A stretch of 64,000 bases of DNA, taken from positions 82,122 to 146,121 of the forward strand of contig JBBQUR010000013.1 of NCBI GenBank assembly GCA_038212275.1, given 5' to 3'. The stretch comes from Planctomycetota bacterium. Lineage in GTDB: Bacteria; Planctomycetota; B15-G4. Below the pieces are notes generated by a model. It was given only the letters and a program-made list of their open reading frames with translations, was not told the origin of the DNA and did not search any database. The position numbers and the translations under genes were made by a program. Numbering within the stretch: the stretch's first letter is position 1; each line of letters starts with the position of its first letter. Positions 39,603 to 49,569 of this stretch are shown here, piece after piece.

Positions 39603-40819
39603 GCAGTCGTCGCGCAAGTGCTCCGTTGCATGCCGCGCTCCTGTTGAGCGCTCTCCTTGCGGCCACTCCCGCCGCAGCGCAGGAGGTGCCGCCTGCCGGT
39701 GCGCCGGAGCCCGTCCCGACGGCTCCGGCCGCTCACGAGGCGGACGCGCCGCGCGCCGTCGACGCGCCGACGGACGCTCCGGCCGACGCTCCGGCCGACG
39801 CCCCGGCCGATGCCCCGGCCGATGCCCCGGCCGATGCCCCCGCCGCCATGCCTGTGCTCGAGCCCGGCGAGGTCGCGCGCATCGGCACGCTGGCCGTGCT
39901 GTACGACACGGACTTCGACCGCTACCTCGCCACCTCGTATGCGCGATTGCCCGAGGGCGACGCGGCGCTGCAGCAGTTGCTCGGCGAGGCGCTCATCAGC
40001 CTCGACGCGGCAGCGGCCGGCCTCGTCGCCACTGACGCCGACGTGGATGCGGCGCTGGTTGTGCTGGACGAGCAGTCGCGCGGGGCCGGCGGCAAGGGTT
40101 TCGCGGAAAGCATCCAGGCCGGAGTGGACGACCAGCAGGTGCGTGCAGCAGTGGCCATGCTCGTGCTGCACGAAGGCCTGGTGCGCGCGGCGGAGGGACT
40201 GCCTCCCGAGACGGTGATCACGCCGCAGCAGATGGCCGACTGGCTCGAGAAGCGCGTCGCGGCGGCGCACTGGGAGGCCTCGCCTCTCGACGACCCCATG
40301 GCCGCGACCTTCGAGGGCGGCCAACTCACGAAGGTGGCCGTCGGCGAGCGGCTGCGATCGCTGCTGACGCAGGAGGCGCTGTCCGGCGTGCTCACCGAGA
40401 TGATCGGCGTGCTGCTCGTGCGCGCTCGCGCCAACCAGCTCGACGTGGACCTCACGACGGCTGCCGCCACGCGCGAGATTCTGGACCGCGACGCCGCGCT
40501 GCGCGACCAGGCCGGCGCGGGCGACGTCACCTACCAGCAATTCGTGGAACAGGTGCAGAAGCGTTCGCTTCAGGAACTGCTGACGTCGGACAGATTCTCC
40601 ACCGAGGTACTTGTCCGGCTGCTTTCCGAGCACGCCGTCAGCGACGACAAGGCCCGCGAGTTCTGGGAGCAGAACAAGGAAGGCTTCCGGCAGGCCAGCA
40701 AGGACAAGCTGGGCCCGGATGCCGACTGGGAAGCCGCGCGACCCTTCGTCTGGCGCGAGCTGCGACAGCGCGTCTACCGGTCGCTGTTCGAACAGGTTAG
40801 GATCGCCCGCCGATTCTAG
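39599..40819 (+). CDS. Exported hypothetical protein, possibly tandem SurA-N-like helical chaperone domains
   Basis: GTGA overlap with the upstream stop, a signal peptide and a DAPA linker. Two helical repeats (GLVATDADVDA; DVDLTTAAA) resemble SurA_N. Family call is tentative. Confidence 0.6.
   Translation: MSSRRASAPLHAALLLSALLAATPAAAQEVPPAGAPEPVPTAPAAHEADAPRAVDAPTDAPADAPADAPADAPADAPADAPAAMPVLEPGEVARIGTLAVLYDTDFDRYLATSYARLPEGDAALQQLLGEALISLDAAAAGLVATDADVDAALVVLDEQSRGAGGKGFAESIQAGVDDQQVRAAVAMLVLHEGLVRAAEGLPPETVITPQQMADWLEKRVAAAHWEASPLDDPMAATFEGGQLTKVAVGERLRSLLTQEALSGVLTEMIGVLLVRARANQLDVDLTTAAATREILDRDAALRDQAGAGDVTYQQFVEQVQKRSLQELLTSDRFSTEVLVRLLSEHAVSDDKAREFWEQNKEGFRQASKDKLGPDADWEAARPFVWRELRQRVYRSLFEQVRIARRF
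39761..39844. repeat. 7 x 12-bp tandem repeat encoding DAP(T/A)
   Basis: GAYGCNCCNRCS units; the protein reads DAPT(DAPA)6. Confidence 0.9.
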
Positions 40820-40838
40820 GCTGCAGGAGCGCGACACG

Positions 40839-41165
40839 ATGTTGATCGGCAAGGTCGTCGGCACCGTGGTGTCCACCATGAAGGACAGCAAGGTCGCCGC
40901 GCTGAAGTTCCAGATCGTCCAGGAGCTGGACGAGCACAACCGCCCGCGCAACAAATACATCGTCGCGGTGGACACGGTGGGCGCGGGCCAGGGCGACCTG
41001 GTGCTCTTCGCCACCGGCAGCAGCGCGCGCCAGACCACGCTGACCGACGGGCGCCCCATCGACGCGGCCATCTTCGCCGTCATCGACTCCTGGGACGTGG
41101 ACGACACGCTCGTCTACCAGAAGGAAGGCCTCGAGGCCTTTTCCCGCTCGCCGGCGGAGACGTGA
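40839..41165 (+). CDS. EutN/CcmL family microcompartment vertex protein (BMC-P) 1
   Basis: MLIGKVVGTVVSTMK, VAVDTVGAGQGDLVL, GSSARQ, PIDAAIFAVID. Confidence 0.95.
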   Translation: MLIGKVVGTVVSTMKDSKVAALKFQIVQELDEHNRPRNKYIVAVDTVGAGQGDLVLFATGSSARQTTLTDGRPIDAAIFAVIDSWDVDDTLVYQKEGLEAFSRSPAET

Positions 41166-41234
41166 GCGCCATGACCCCCATCGCCCCGAAAGGGCGCTCC
41201 GCCGTCATGCCGAACGCCCCGGAGCGCTGAGGCG

Positions 41235-41540
41235 ATGTTCCTCGCGCGCGTCGTCGGCAGGGTTGTGGCCACGCAGCGGTTGCCCGGGCTGCTTGGCGAG
41301 AAGTTCCTCATCGTGCAGCCGCTGGACGAACAGCGCGCGGTGGCCGGCGACACGCTCGTCACCTGCGATGCGGCCGGCAGCGGCCTCGGCGACATCGTCC
41401 ACGTGTGCGACGGCCGCGAGGCCACGCTGGCGCTGCACGACAGCTACGTTCCCATCGACGCGACGATCGTCGGGCACGTCGAGGAGTTCGCGCACGACGG
41501 CCCCGCGCCGCAGGTCTCCGCCGGCGACCCCGACGCATGA
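41235..41540 (+). CDS. EutN/CcmL family microcompartment vertex protein (BMC-P) 2
   Basis: MFLARVVGRVVAT, GSGLGDIV, GREA, PIDATIVGHVE. Confidence 0.93.
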   Translation: MFLARVVGRVVATQRLPGLLGEKFLIVQPLDEQRAVAGDTLVTCDAAGSGLGDIVHVCDGREATLALHDSYVPIDATIVGHVEEFAHDGPAPQVSAGDPDA

Positions 41541-41839
41541 AGCTCGGGCGCGTGGTCGGCAGCGTGGTCACGCCCGTGCAGCACCCGGCCTACGACGGCC
41601 GGCGCCTGCTGGCCGTGCGCCCCATCAACCCCGACGGCAGCGACGCCCCCGGCGAGCGGATGTTCGTCGCGGTGGACCGCGCGCAGGCCGGCCCCGGCGA
41701 CCTCGTGCTGCTCATGGCCGAGGGCAGCTCCGTGCGGGCGATCGTCGGCGACGACAAGGCGCCGATCCGCTGCGCCGTCGTGGGCGTCATCGACGAACTC
41801 GCGATGGACGGCCAGGTGCTCTTCCCCGCCACCACCTGA
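41537..41839 (+). CDS. EutN/CcmL family microcompartment vertex protein (BMC-P) 3
   Basis: MKLGRVVGSVV, VAVDRAQAGPGDLVL, EGSSVR, PIRCAVVGVID. ATGA overlap with BMC-P 2. Confidence 0.93.
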   Translation: MKLGRVVGSVVTPVQHPAYDGRRLLAVRPINPDGSDAPGERMFVAVDRAQAGPGDLVLLMAEGSSVRAIVGDDKAPIRCAVVGVIDELAMDGQVLFPATT

Positions 41840-42095
41840 TCGGCGCGCAGCTCGCGAGCGACCGCGCAACAGCGCCGGACAGCGCCGGAAAGTGCTCGAC
41901 AGCGCTTCGCGGCGCCCCGCACAGGGACCTCGCTGCACCGCATCGCGCCGGCCGTCTGATGTTGAGGCAGTGCCTCTACTGGAGACGAGCGGCCGAAGAG
42001 GGGCCTCGCTGTGTCCGGACGGGCCTCGCAGCCTGATGCGGCCAGCACGGGCGAGCGGGCGGGCGAGCGGGCGGGCGGGCGGGCGGGACCCTTGG

Positions 42096-42172
<77 letters not shown>

Positions 42173-42284
42173 ATCGGGCGCCATTGAACCCGGCGCACGG
42201 CCCGCGGCGAAAGGGGCCTCGCCCGGAGCGCCCCGGGAGTCGCGAGTGGGCCGCGGGGGCCGGCATGGCTACGATGTCGCGCCC

Positions 42285-43211
42285 ATGAACCCCATGCACG
42301 AACGCGACTACGCCACCCCGATCATGGACCCGCGCGCCACGCCGCCGGGTGCCTGCCCGCAGCCGGCGGTCCATCCGGAGCTCGAGGGCCAGCCGCTCGG
42401 GCAGCCGTGGGCCGCGCCGGCCGCCGGGCCGCTGCGCCGCGGCGTGCTGACCTCCGCGCGGCCCGACGACAAGGCCGCGCTCGCGCAGCAGATCTGCGAC
42501 GTCATGCGGATGATGTACGAGCACGAGTTCGTGGTCGCGAACGACGGCAACGTGAGCTGCCGGCTGCCCAACGGCAACATCCTCATCACCGCGAGCGGCG
42601 TGCTGAAGGGCTACATGACGCCCGACCAGGTCATCGAGTGCGATGCGCAGGGGAACTCGCTCGACGGCCGGCGCGTCACCACCGAGATCAAGATGCACGT
42701 GGCGGCGTACCAGGTGCGGCCCGACATCCGCGCCGTCGTGCACGGCCACCCGATCTTCGCCGTCGCCTTCTCGCTTGCGGGCATCTCGCTCGCGGAGTGC
42801 GTGATTCCCGAGATCATCGTGACCATGGGCACGATCCCGACGGCGCCCTACGCGACACCGTCCACCTACGACCTTCCCGAGAGCCTCGCGACCTTCCTCG
42901 CGCGCGGTGACGCCGTGATCATGGAACGCCACGGCGTGGTCTGCGTCGGCTCCGACCTGATCGACGGCTACAAGAAGATGGAAATGGTCGAGCACACGGC
43001 CAAGATCACGCACGCCGCGCGCACCATGGGCGTCGTGCGGCCGATCGCGCCCCCCGGCGTGAAGGCGCTGCTCGACACGCGCAAGAGCCTCGGCATCTAC
43101 ACCAAGAACAACCTCTGCGACGGCTGCGGCGCGCGCGAGGTCTGCGCCGCGCCGATCTTCCCGGACGCCGCGATGGCCGCCCCGCCGATGCACCGGCGAC
43201 CCTCCGGTTGA
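42285..43211 (+). CDS. Class II aldolase/adducin family protein (FucA-like, BMC-associated type)
   Basis: ANDGNVS, ITASGVLKG, TEIKMH, VVHGHP, MERHGV, C-terminal CDGCG..VC. Confidence 0.92.
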   Translation: MNPMHERDYATPIMDPRATPPGACPQPAVHPELEGQPLGQPWAAPAAGPLRRGVLTSARPDDKAALAQQICDVMRMMYEHEFVVANDGNVSCRLPNGNILITASGVLKGYMTPDQVIECDAQGNSLDGRRVTTEIKMHVAAYQVRPDIRAVVHGHPIFAVAFSLAGISLAECVIPEIIVTMGTIPTAPYATPSTYDLPESLATFLARGDAVIMERHGVVCVGSDLIDGYKKMEMVEHTAKITHAARTMGVVRPIAPPGVKALLDTRKSLGIYTKNNLCDGCGAREVCAAPIFPDAAMAAPPMHRRPSG

Positions 43212-43520
43212 GGCTGCCGGGTTCCCTGCGGGGCACGCGCTCGACGCAACGAACCTTCTCGACATCATGTGCGACGGGGAGCTGGAGCTCGGCGTGAATG
43301 TCGAAGCGGCGGCCTGCTCCGGAGCAGGCCTCGGTATTGAGTTCACGGCCGGCAGCGTGGAGTTCCAGGCGTTCTCGTGGCGCGACGAGCTGATGATCGC
43401 GCTTGGATTCCGAGATCGCTCACCCCAGCATGGTGTGCCTTGGCCCTGATGCACGCAGCGGTGTCAATGCACGCCGCATTCCGTGGAGCCAGATCCGTCG
43501 TCCCGATCGAGGAGATGCGC

Positions 43521-44798
43521 ATGAATGTCGTGGCACGTTCGAGCCTCATGGTGCTGGGCCTCCTGCTGTCGATGAGTGCCGGAGCCGCGGCACAGAAGGC
43601 CTTCAAGGCGGACAAGATGTATGTCGTGGACGGCACCGGGGCGCTGCTGGAGTACGACGAGGCCGGCGAGTTCGTGAAGGTGCTCGACGACGACAGCGCC
43701 GCGCTCGCCTTCGGGCCCGACGGACTGCTCTGGGTGGCCAGCGACGCGGGCGTCCGCGGCCTGGATGCGGACGGCGACGTCATCGTCGGCCCCTTCGGCG
43801 GCGTCGCGATCGACGGCACGCCGACGGGCATGTGCTTCGCTGCGGACGGCACGCTCTGCGTCGCGGTGAACGGGCCGGCGGACGTGATCGCGGTGTTCGA
43901 CGTGGCGCCAGGCCTGCTGATTCGTTCGCTGGCACTCAGCGCGGCGCTCGACTCGCCGCTGTCGCTGGCGCCGGACGGACATGTCGTCGGCACTTTCTCC
44001 GCAATGGCCACGGGCGGCGCGGCGCTGCTGCAGCTCGTGGAGTGCGACACCGTCGGCGGGCAGCTCACCAGCATCGACCTCGGCGACGTCGCGCAGGTCA
44101 TCAGCGGCGCCGTGACCTTCGGCCCGGACGGCAACCAGTACTTCACGACGCCGCTGGAGGATCGCATCACTGTGCGCTCGCCAGCCGGCTTGAGCGTCGC
44201 CTTCATCGGCACCGGCGCCGGGCTGGACGGCCTCACGGACCTGCGCTTCGGCCCCGATGGCAACCTCTACGTCGGCTCCTTCGACAGCGACAGCATCGCG
44301 GTCATCGACACGACGGGCAATCTGGTGCGCACGCTCGGCGCCGACAGCCCGCTGGACGGACCGCGGCAGATCGCCTTCGCGCCGCGCCGCTTCAAGACCA
44401 AGCTCACCGGCAAGCTGGTGGATGCGGTGGGCAAGAGCAGCTCGCTCAAGGCCGACGCGATCGCCACGCTCTTCGTGGGCGATGGGCAGCTCATGCTCGT
44501 GATCGAGGATGACCCCGGCGACGGCAAGGACTTCGGCTCGCTCTTCGGCACGACGCTCGTGTTCTCGGGTCACCGGGCGGCGGGCGTCGACCCCAAGACG
44601 CGCAGGTTGCAGGCCGTGTGCGTGCTCGACGCGACGCTCGACGCGGGCTTCGCCGCGACGGACCTCAGCATCAAGGGCAAGCTGGACAAGGACGACGACC
44701 GCTTCGTGCCGAGCAAGGCCACCGGTTCCTTCCTGCGCGCCGCGGCCGGCCGCGTCTTCGCGGGCAAGCTGAGCACCGGCAAGCTCATCAGCAAGTAG
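43521..44798 (+). CDS. Secreted NHL/Vgb-like beta-propeller protein with a C-terminal beta domain
   Basis: Signal peptide, repeated FGPDG/FAADG/LAPDG blades (FGPDGNLYV), GAGGAG Shine-Dalgarno. Confidence 0.75.
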   Translation: MNVVARSSLMVLGLLLSMSAGAAAQKAFKADKMYVVDGTGALLEYDEAGEFVKVLDDDSAALAFGPDGLLWVASDAGVRGLDADGDVIVGPFGGVAIDGTPTGMCFAADGTLCVAVNGPADVIAVFDVAPGLLIRSLALSAALDSPLSLAPDGHVVGTFSAMATGGAALLQLVECDTVGGQLTSIDLGDVAQVISGAVTFGPDGNQYFTTPLEDRITVRSPAGLSVAFIGTGAGLDGLTDLRFGPDGNLYVGSFDSDSIAVIDTTGNLVRTLGADSPLDGPRQIAFAPRRFKTKLTGKLVDAVGKSSSLKADAIATLFVGDGQLMLVIEDDPGDGKDFGSLFGTTLVFSGHRAAGVDPKTRRLQAVCVLDATLDAGFAATDLSIKGKLDKDDDRFVPSKATGSFLRAAAGRVFAGKLSTGKLISK

Positions 44799-44833
44799 GC
44801 GGAGCGGGCGGCAGCTGCGCGCGGGCGCCGACT

Positions 44834-46222
44834 TCAGCCGACGACGTACTTCGCGTCGGAAAGCGAGCGCGCGCGGATGCGTTCGGCCTCGGCCTCGAAG
44901 CCCTTGCGGCCCATGAGCGCATAGGTCGCATTCTTGCCGGCCTCGACGCCGGGCTGATCGAAGGCGTCCACGCCGTAGAGCTGGCCACCGTAGGCGGTGG
45001 CGGTCATCTGCCACATGAGCCATTCGCCCACGGAGAAGGCGTCCACCTCGGGCAGCGTGATCATGCAGCAGGGGCGGCCCGCGTCCACGAGCGCGAGGAA
45101 TGTCGCGCGGCACTCCGTATCGAGCAGCCGGCCGAAGGTCGCGCCGTCCAGGTATTCGAGGCCCGGCAGGCCGGCGGGCGCCTTGGGAATCTGCACGTCA
45201 TGCGGGTGGCGCTCGACGCGCAGGAAAGTGAAGACCTTGTCGATGGGCCCCTGCGCGAAGAGCTGCACCTGGCTGTGCTGGTCCGTGACGCCGATGGCCT
45301 TGTGCGGCGTGGGGCCGATGCCCTTGCCCGAGGCGTCGTGCTTGCCGAGGCTCTCTGCGACGAGCTGCACGTTCCAGTCCGCGAGCATGCGCAGGCTGTG
45401 GCTGTAAGGGAAGAGCACCTGCACGTTGCAACCGCTCTTCGTGTCGAGGGCGTGGTGCGTCACGGCGAGCAGGGCGGCGGGATTGCGCTCGAAGTTTCCG
45501 GAGAGGCATGCGTCGCGGCCGGCACGTGCGCCTTCGAGCAGGCCGTCGAGGTCCCAGCCCATGAGCGCCCCGGGCAGCAGGCCCACGGGCGAGAGCACGG
45601 AAAAGCGTCCGCCGACGTTGCCCGGAATGGTGAAGCAGGGCAGGTCGTTGGCGACGGCGAACGGCCGCAGGAAGCCGGCCGTCGCATCCGTGGTGATGAC
45701 CACGTGCTGGCGCCACTTGTCCCCGAGCGAGGACTTGAGCGCCTCCATGAACAGCAGGAACTGCGCCATCGTCTCCGCGGTGCTGCCCGACTTGCTGATC
45801 ACGTTGAACAGCGTCGTCGCCGGATTGCAGAGGCGCAGGACGCCGCCCACCATCGTCGGGTCCACGTTGTCGACGACGAAGAGCTTGGGCCGCGTGGTCG
45901 AGTGCGCCTTGATGTTGTGCAGCGGAGGCGACAGCGCGGCGTGCAGGGCCAGCGTGCCCAGCGCCGAACCGCCGATGCCCAGCACGACGATGTTCTGGAA
46001 GCTGCCGCGCCTCGCGGCGGCGAAGGCCTGTGCGGCGGCCACGTCGGAACGGTTGTCGGGCAGGTCCAGAAAGCCCAGCTTGCCGGCGGCGCGCGCGGCC
46101 TTCAGCGCCGAGAGGCGACCGCCATGCTCGCGCGCTGCCGACGCGAGGTCCGCGGGGTCGATGCCGACGGCGCCCTGAGGCCCGCCACGAACCAGACACG
46201 TGTAGTCGAGTTGGAGTCCCAT
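44834..46222 (-). CDS. pgi: Glucose-6-phosphate isomerase
   Basis: LGIGGSALG, ISKSGSTAET, VGGRFSVLS, QLVAESLGK, DQHS, FDQPGVEAGK. Confidence 0.96.
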   Translation of the reverse strand: MGLQLDYTCLVRGGPQGAVGIDPADLASAAREHGGRLSALKAARAAGKLGFLDLPDNRSDVAAAQAFAAARRGSFQNIVVLGIGGSALGTLALHAALSPPLHNIKAHSTTRPKLFVVDNVDPTMVGGVLRLCNPATTLFNVISKSGSTAETMAQFLLFMEALKSSLGDKWRQHVVITTDATAGFLRPFAVANDLPCFTIPGNVGGRFSVLSPVGLLPGALMGWDLDGLLEGARAGRDACLSGNFERNPAALLAVTHHALDTKSGCNVQVLFPYSHSLRMLADWNVQLVAESLGKHDASGKGIGPTPHKAIGVTDQHSQVQLFAQGPIDKVFTFLRVERHPHDVQIPKAPAGLPGLEYLDGATFGRLLDTECRATFLALVDAGRPCCMITLPEVDAFSVGEWLMWQMTATAYGGQLYGVDAFDQPGVEAGKNATYALMGRKGFEAEAERIRARSLSDAKYVVG

Positions 46223-46260
46223 GCAAGGTTTATAACAAGCCCCTCCCGCGGCGATGCATG

Positions 46261-49200
46261 ATGCCTGACAGCACACCTGCCGACGATGCACCCGACCGCG
46301 AGCGCGACGGCGCGCCGGCTCGCAAGCGGCACGGCTTCTCGGCGTTTCTTGTCGAGCGCCCCGTCACGGTCTTCATGCTCTTTCTCACGCTGGCCGGCAC
46401 GGGGCTCATCAGCTACCTGCGCATCCCGCTCACGCTGCTGCCCCGCGGCCTTTCCTCGTCTTCGCTGAGCATCTCGATGCCCTACCAGGGCGCGAGCCCG
46501 TCGGAGGTGGAGGATCAGCTCACGCGCCCGGTCGAGGAGGCGCTGCGCACGATCCCGGGCATCATCGATGTGACCTCTGTGAGCAGCGAGGGCGTGTCCG
46601 ACATCAGCGTGGAGTTCGGCAGCCGCGTCGACATGGACATCGCCTACGGCGAGGCCCGCGACCGCATCGAGCGCGTGCGCCCGCAGCTTCCCAAGGAGAT
46701 GGACCGCTACCGCATCCGCCGCTTCAACACGAACACCGACATGCCGGTGATGTCGATCGGCGTGCAGTACGACGACAAGGCGCGCGACCCCTTCGGCCCC
46801 ATCGAGAAGATCGCCGTGCCGCGCCTGGAGGGCGTCGAGGGCGTCGCGAGCGTGGCCCTGCACGGCCTCGTGGACGAGGCCGTGCGCATCTTCGTCGACG
46901 TGGACAAGGTGCGCGGCTACGGCATCAACCTCGGCGCCGTGATCGCGCAGCTCCAGCAGGACAATTTCACGCTGCCCGCCGGGCAGATCGACGACGGCAA
47001 CCGGCGCTTCGCGCTGCGCATCGACAGCCGCTTCCACGACATGGACGACATCCGTCGCTACCCCATCGGCAACGGGCGCGTGCTGGGCGACGTGGCGGAG
47101 GTGGTACGCGCACGCGCCTACCGCGACACGGTGTGGCGCATCAACGGCCAGCCCGCCGTTGGCATGCGCATCTCGCGCGAGTCCGACCAGAACACGATCG
47201 AGGTCTGCGAGCGCATCGAGGCGGTGCTCGCGGAGCTGAAGGCCGACGAGCGGCTCTCGGGCGTGACCTTCAACGTCTTCTTCAACCAGAAGGACTCCAT
47301 CAAGGACGCCATCGGCGGGTTGAAGTCGTCGGGACTCTGGGGCGGATTGTTCGCGGTCATCGTGCTGTGGTGGTTCCTGCGCGACCTGCGGCTGACGCTC
47401 GTCGCGGCGCTGGCCATCCCGGCCTCGCTCCTCGCGGCGCTCATGGCGGTGTACTTCGGCGGCCAGACGCTCAATCTCATCTCGCTCACCGGCTTCACGC
47501 TCGGCATCGGCATGCTGGTCGACAACGCGGTGGTCGTCATCGAGAACATCGCGACGCGGCGCGCGGAGGGACTGTCGCGCCAGGAGGCCAGCGCGACCGG
47601 CGCCGGGCAGGTCGGCCTTGCGGTGCTGGCCAGCACGCTCACGTCGGTGGTCGTGTTCCTGCCGCTCGTCTTCATGGACGGCGCCCGCAACACGCGCATC
47701 TTCCTGCGCGAGGTCGGTCTGCCGATCTCCTGGTCGCTCTTCGCCTCGCTCATCGTGGCCATCGGCTTCCTGCCATCCTTCACGGCGCGGGTGATGAAGC
47801 GCGACGGCTCGCGCCGATCGGGGTCCGGCGTGGGCGGCCCCGACGGACGCATGGGCCACATCTACCGGAGCGCCATGCATTGGGTGCTCACGCACCGCCT
47901 CGCTGCCTTCGCGCTGCTGATGGTCATCGTGGCGCTCACCAACATCGCGGGCGACAACGTGCCGGCCTCCAAGGGCGGCGACAACATGGATGGCGGCGTC
48001 ACGATGGATGTCGAAGTCCCGCCGACCTACCTGCTGGCGGATGCCAACAAGGTCTTCGAGCACTTCGAGGCCTGGGCCGACGCCAACCGCGAGGCCTTCG
48101 GCGTCGAGTTCTTCAGCACGCGCTTCGATCGCCGCGGCGGGCAGATCGAGTTCTACCCGCGCGAGGACCTGCCGCGCGCGGAGAGCGAGGCCCTCGGCGA
48201 GCGACTGCGCGACATGGTGCCGGCGCTGCCGGGCGTGAGGACCACCATCGGTTTCGAAGGCGGGTCGCAGGACAAGACGCTGCGCATCAATCTGGAGGGA
48301 CCCGACTTTGGCGTGCTGGCCGGCATCTCGCGCGACCTGAAGGAGCGCCTCGCCGCGCTGCTCGTCGAGCAGCCGGACGGCAGCGCGCGTCCGATGCTGG
48401 ACAACGTCCGCACCGACATCGAGAAGGGCGTCGACGAGGTGCACGTGAGCGTGGACCGCGACCGCGCCTCGGAGCTCGGCGTCTCGCCCGAGGTCATCCG
48501 CGGCACGGTGGCGTGGGGCCTCGGGGGCCAGCGCCTGCCGGACTTCGCCGACGGCGACCGCGACATCCGCGTGCAGATCGAGTACGGCCAGAGCGACGAG
48601 GAAAGCCTCAGCTTCCTGCGCAACCTCGGCCTGTCGCGGCCCGGCGGCGCGCAGGTGCCGCTGGAGTCCGTCGCGAGCATCGACTTCAGCAAGGCCGCCG
48701 GCTCGCTCGTGCGCCGCAACGGCCGCACCAGCACGGGAATCTCCGCGCAACCCGCCGTCGAGAACCTGTATCTCGTGAGCAGCCGCATCGACGAGGTGCT
48801 GGCCAACTACCCCTTCCCCGAGGGCGTCACCTGGAACGAGGAGGGCGGCCGGCGCGAGTTCGAGCAGGACATGGCCGAACTGTTCAGCACGCTCATCCTC
48901 TCGATCGTGCTCGTGTACCTGGTCATGGCCATCCTGCTCGAATCCGTGATGCTGCCCATGTCCATCATGCTGTCCATCCCGCTGGCCGTGATGGGCGTGG
49001 ACATCACGCTCTGGGCCACGAACTATCCGCGCGACGTCATGGTCTACATCGGGCTCATTCTGCTCGCGGGCGTGGTGGTCAACAACGCGATCGTGCTGCT
49101 CGATCACGTGCAGCGCCTGCGCGCCGCGGGCCTCTCGCGCCACGACGCGCTGGTGCGCGGCGGCGCCGACCGGCTGCGCCCCATCCTGATGACTGCGCTC

Positions 49201-49506
49201 ACCACCATCTTCGGCCTCATGCCGATGGCGCTGCCCGACTGGTTCCCCGGCGAAAACGGCGGCTCCGGCTACGAGAGCATGGCCGTCACGGTGGCCGGCG
49301 GCCTGGCTTTCTCCACGCTGCTCACGCTGCTCGTCGTGCCGCTCTTCTACACATGCTTCGACGACCTCGGCCTCCTCTTCGCGCGACTCTGGCCGTGGAG
49401 GCCCGGCCACGCCGGCGGCAGGCCGCCGGAGCCTGCTGATACCGTGGGGTCCCATGCCCCTGCCATCCGTACGCCGGCACTACGCACGCCTCGCGCCGGA
49501 CGATGA
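46261..49506 (+). CDS. RND efflux transporter permease subunit (AcrB/D/F family)
   Basis: RPVTV, GASPSEVE, GMLVDNAVVVIENI, STLTSVVVFLP, GVVVNNAIVL, RLRPILMT. Confidence 0.95.
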   Translation: MPDSTPADDAPDRERDGAPARKRHGFSAFLVERPVTVFMLFLTLAGTGLISYLRIPLTLLPRGLSSSSLSISMPYQGASPSEVEDQLTRPVEEALRTIPGIIDVTSVSSEGVSDISVEFGSRVDMDIAYGEARDRIERVRPQLPKEMDRYRIRRFNTNTDMPVMSIGVQYDDKARDPFGPIEKIAVPRLEGVEGVASVALHGLVDEAVRIFVDVDKVRGYGINLGAVIAQLQQDNFTLPAGQIDDGNRRFALRIDSRFHDMDDIRRYPIGNGRVLGDVAEVVRARAYRDTVWRINGQPAVGMRISRESDQNTIEVCERIEAVLAELKADERLSGVTFNVFFNQKDSIKDAIGGLKSSGLWGGLFAVIVLWWFLRDLRLTLVAALAIPASLLAALMAVYFGGQTLNLISLTGFTLGIGMLVDNAVVVIENIATRRAEGLSRQEASATGAGQVGLAVLASTLTSVVVFLPLVFMDGARNTRIFLREVGLPISWSLFASLIVAIGFLPSFTARVMKRDGSRRSGSGVGGPDGRMGHIYRSAMHWVLTHRLAAFALLMVIVALTNIAGDNVPASKGGDNMDGGVTMDVEVPPTYLLADANKVFEHFEAWADANREAFGVEFFSTRFDRRGGQIEFYPREDLPRAESEALGERLRDMVPALPGVRTTIGFEGGSQDKTLRINLEGPDFGVLAGISRDLKERLAALLVEQPDGSARPMLDNVRTDIEKGVDEVHVSVDRDRASELGVSPEVIRGTVAWGLGGQRLPDFADGDRDIRVQIEYGQSDEESLSFLRNLGLSRPGGAQVPLESVASIDFSKAAGSLVRRNGRTSTGISAQPAVENLYLVSSRIDEVLANYPFPEGVTWNEEGGRREFEQDMAELFSTLILSIVLVYLVMAILLESVMLPMSIMLSIPLAVMGVDITLWATNYPRDVMVYIGLILLAGVVVNNAIVLLDHVQRLRAAGLSRHDALVRGGADRLRPILMTALTTIFGLMPMALPDWFPGENGGSGYESMAVTVAGGLAFSTLLTLLVVPLFYTCFDDLGLLFARLWPWRPGHAGGRPPEPADTVGSHAPAIRTPALRTPRAGR

Positions 49507-49569
49507 CCGGCGCGGAGCGCGCGCTGCGCCCTGCGGACAGGCGCGCTTCTGATCCGTAGAATCGGCCGG

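Noticed and set aside
43267..43449. 60-aa ORF with coding-like third-position GC
   Set aside because: No Shine-Dalgarno and no recognisable motif. It may be a gene remnant but cannot be supported.
46102..49455. Very long antisense/alternate-frame ORFs (also 23377..25644, 28477..31080, 9494..11605 and others)
   Set aside because: These are typical stop-poor shadows of high-GC3 genes, Arg/Ala/Gly-rich and without recognisable motifs.
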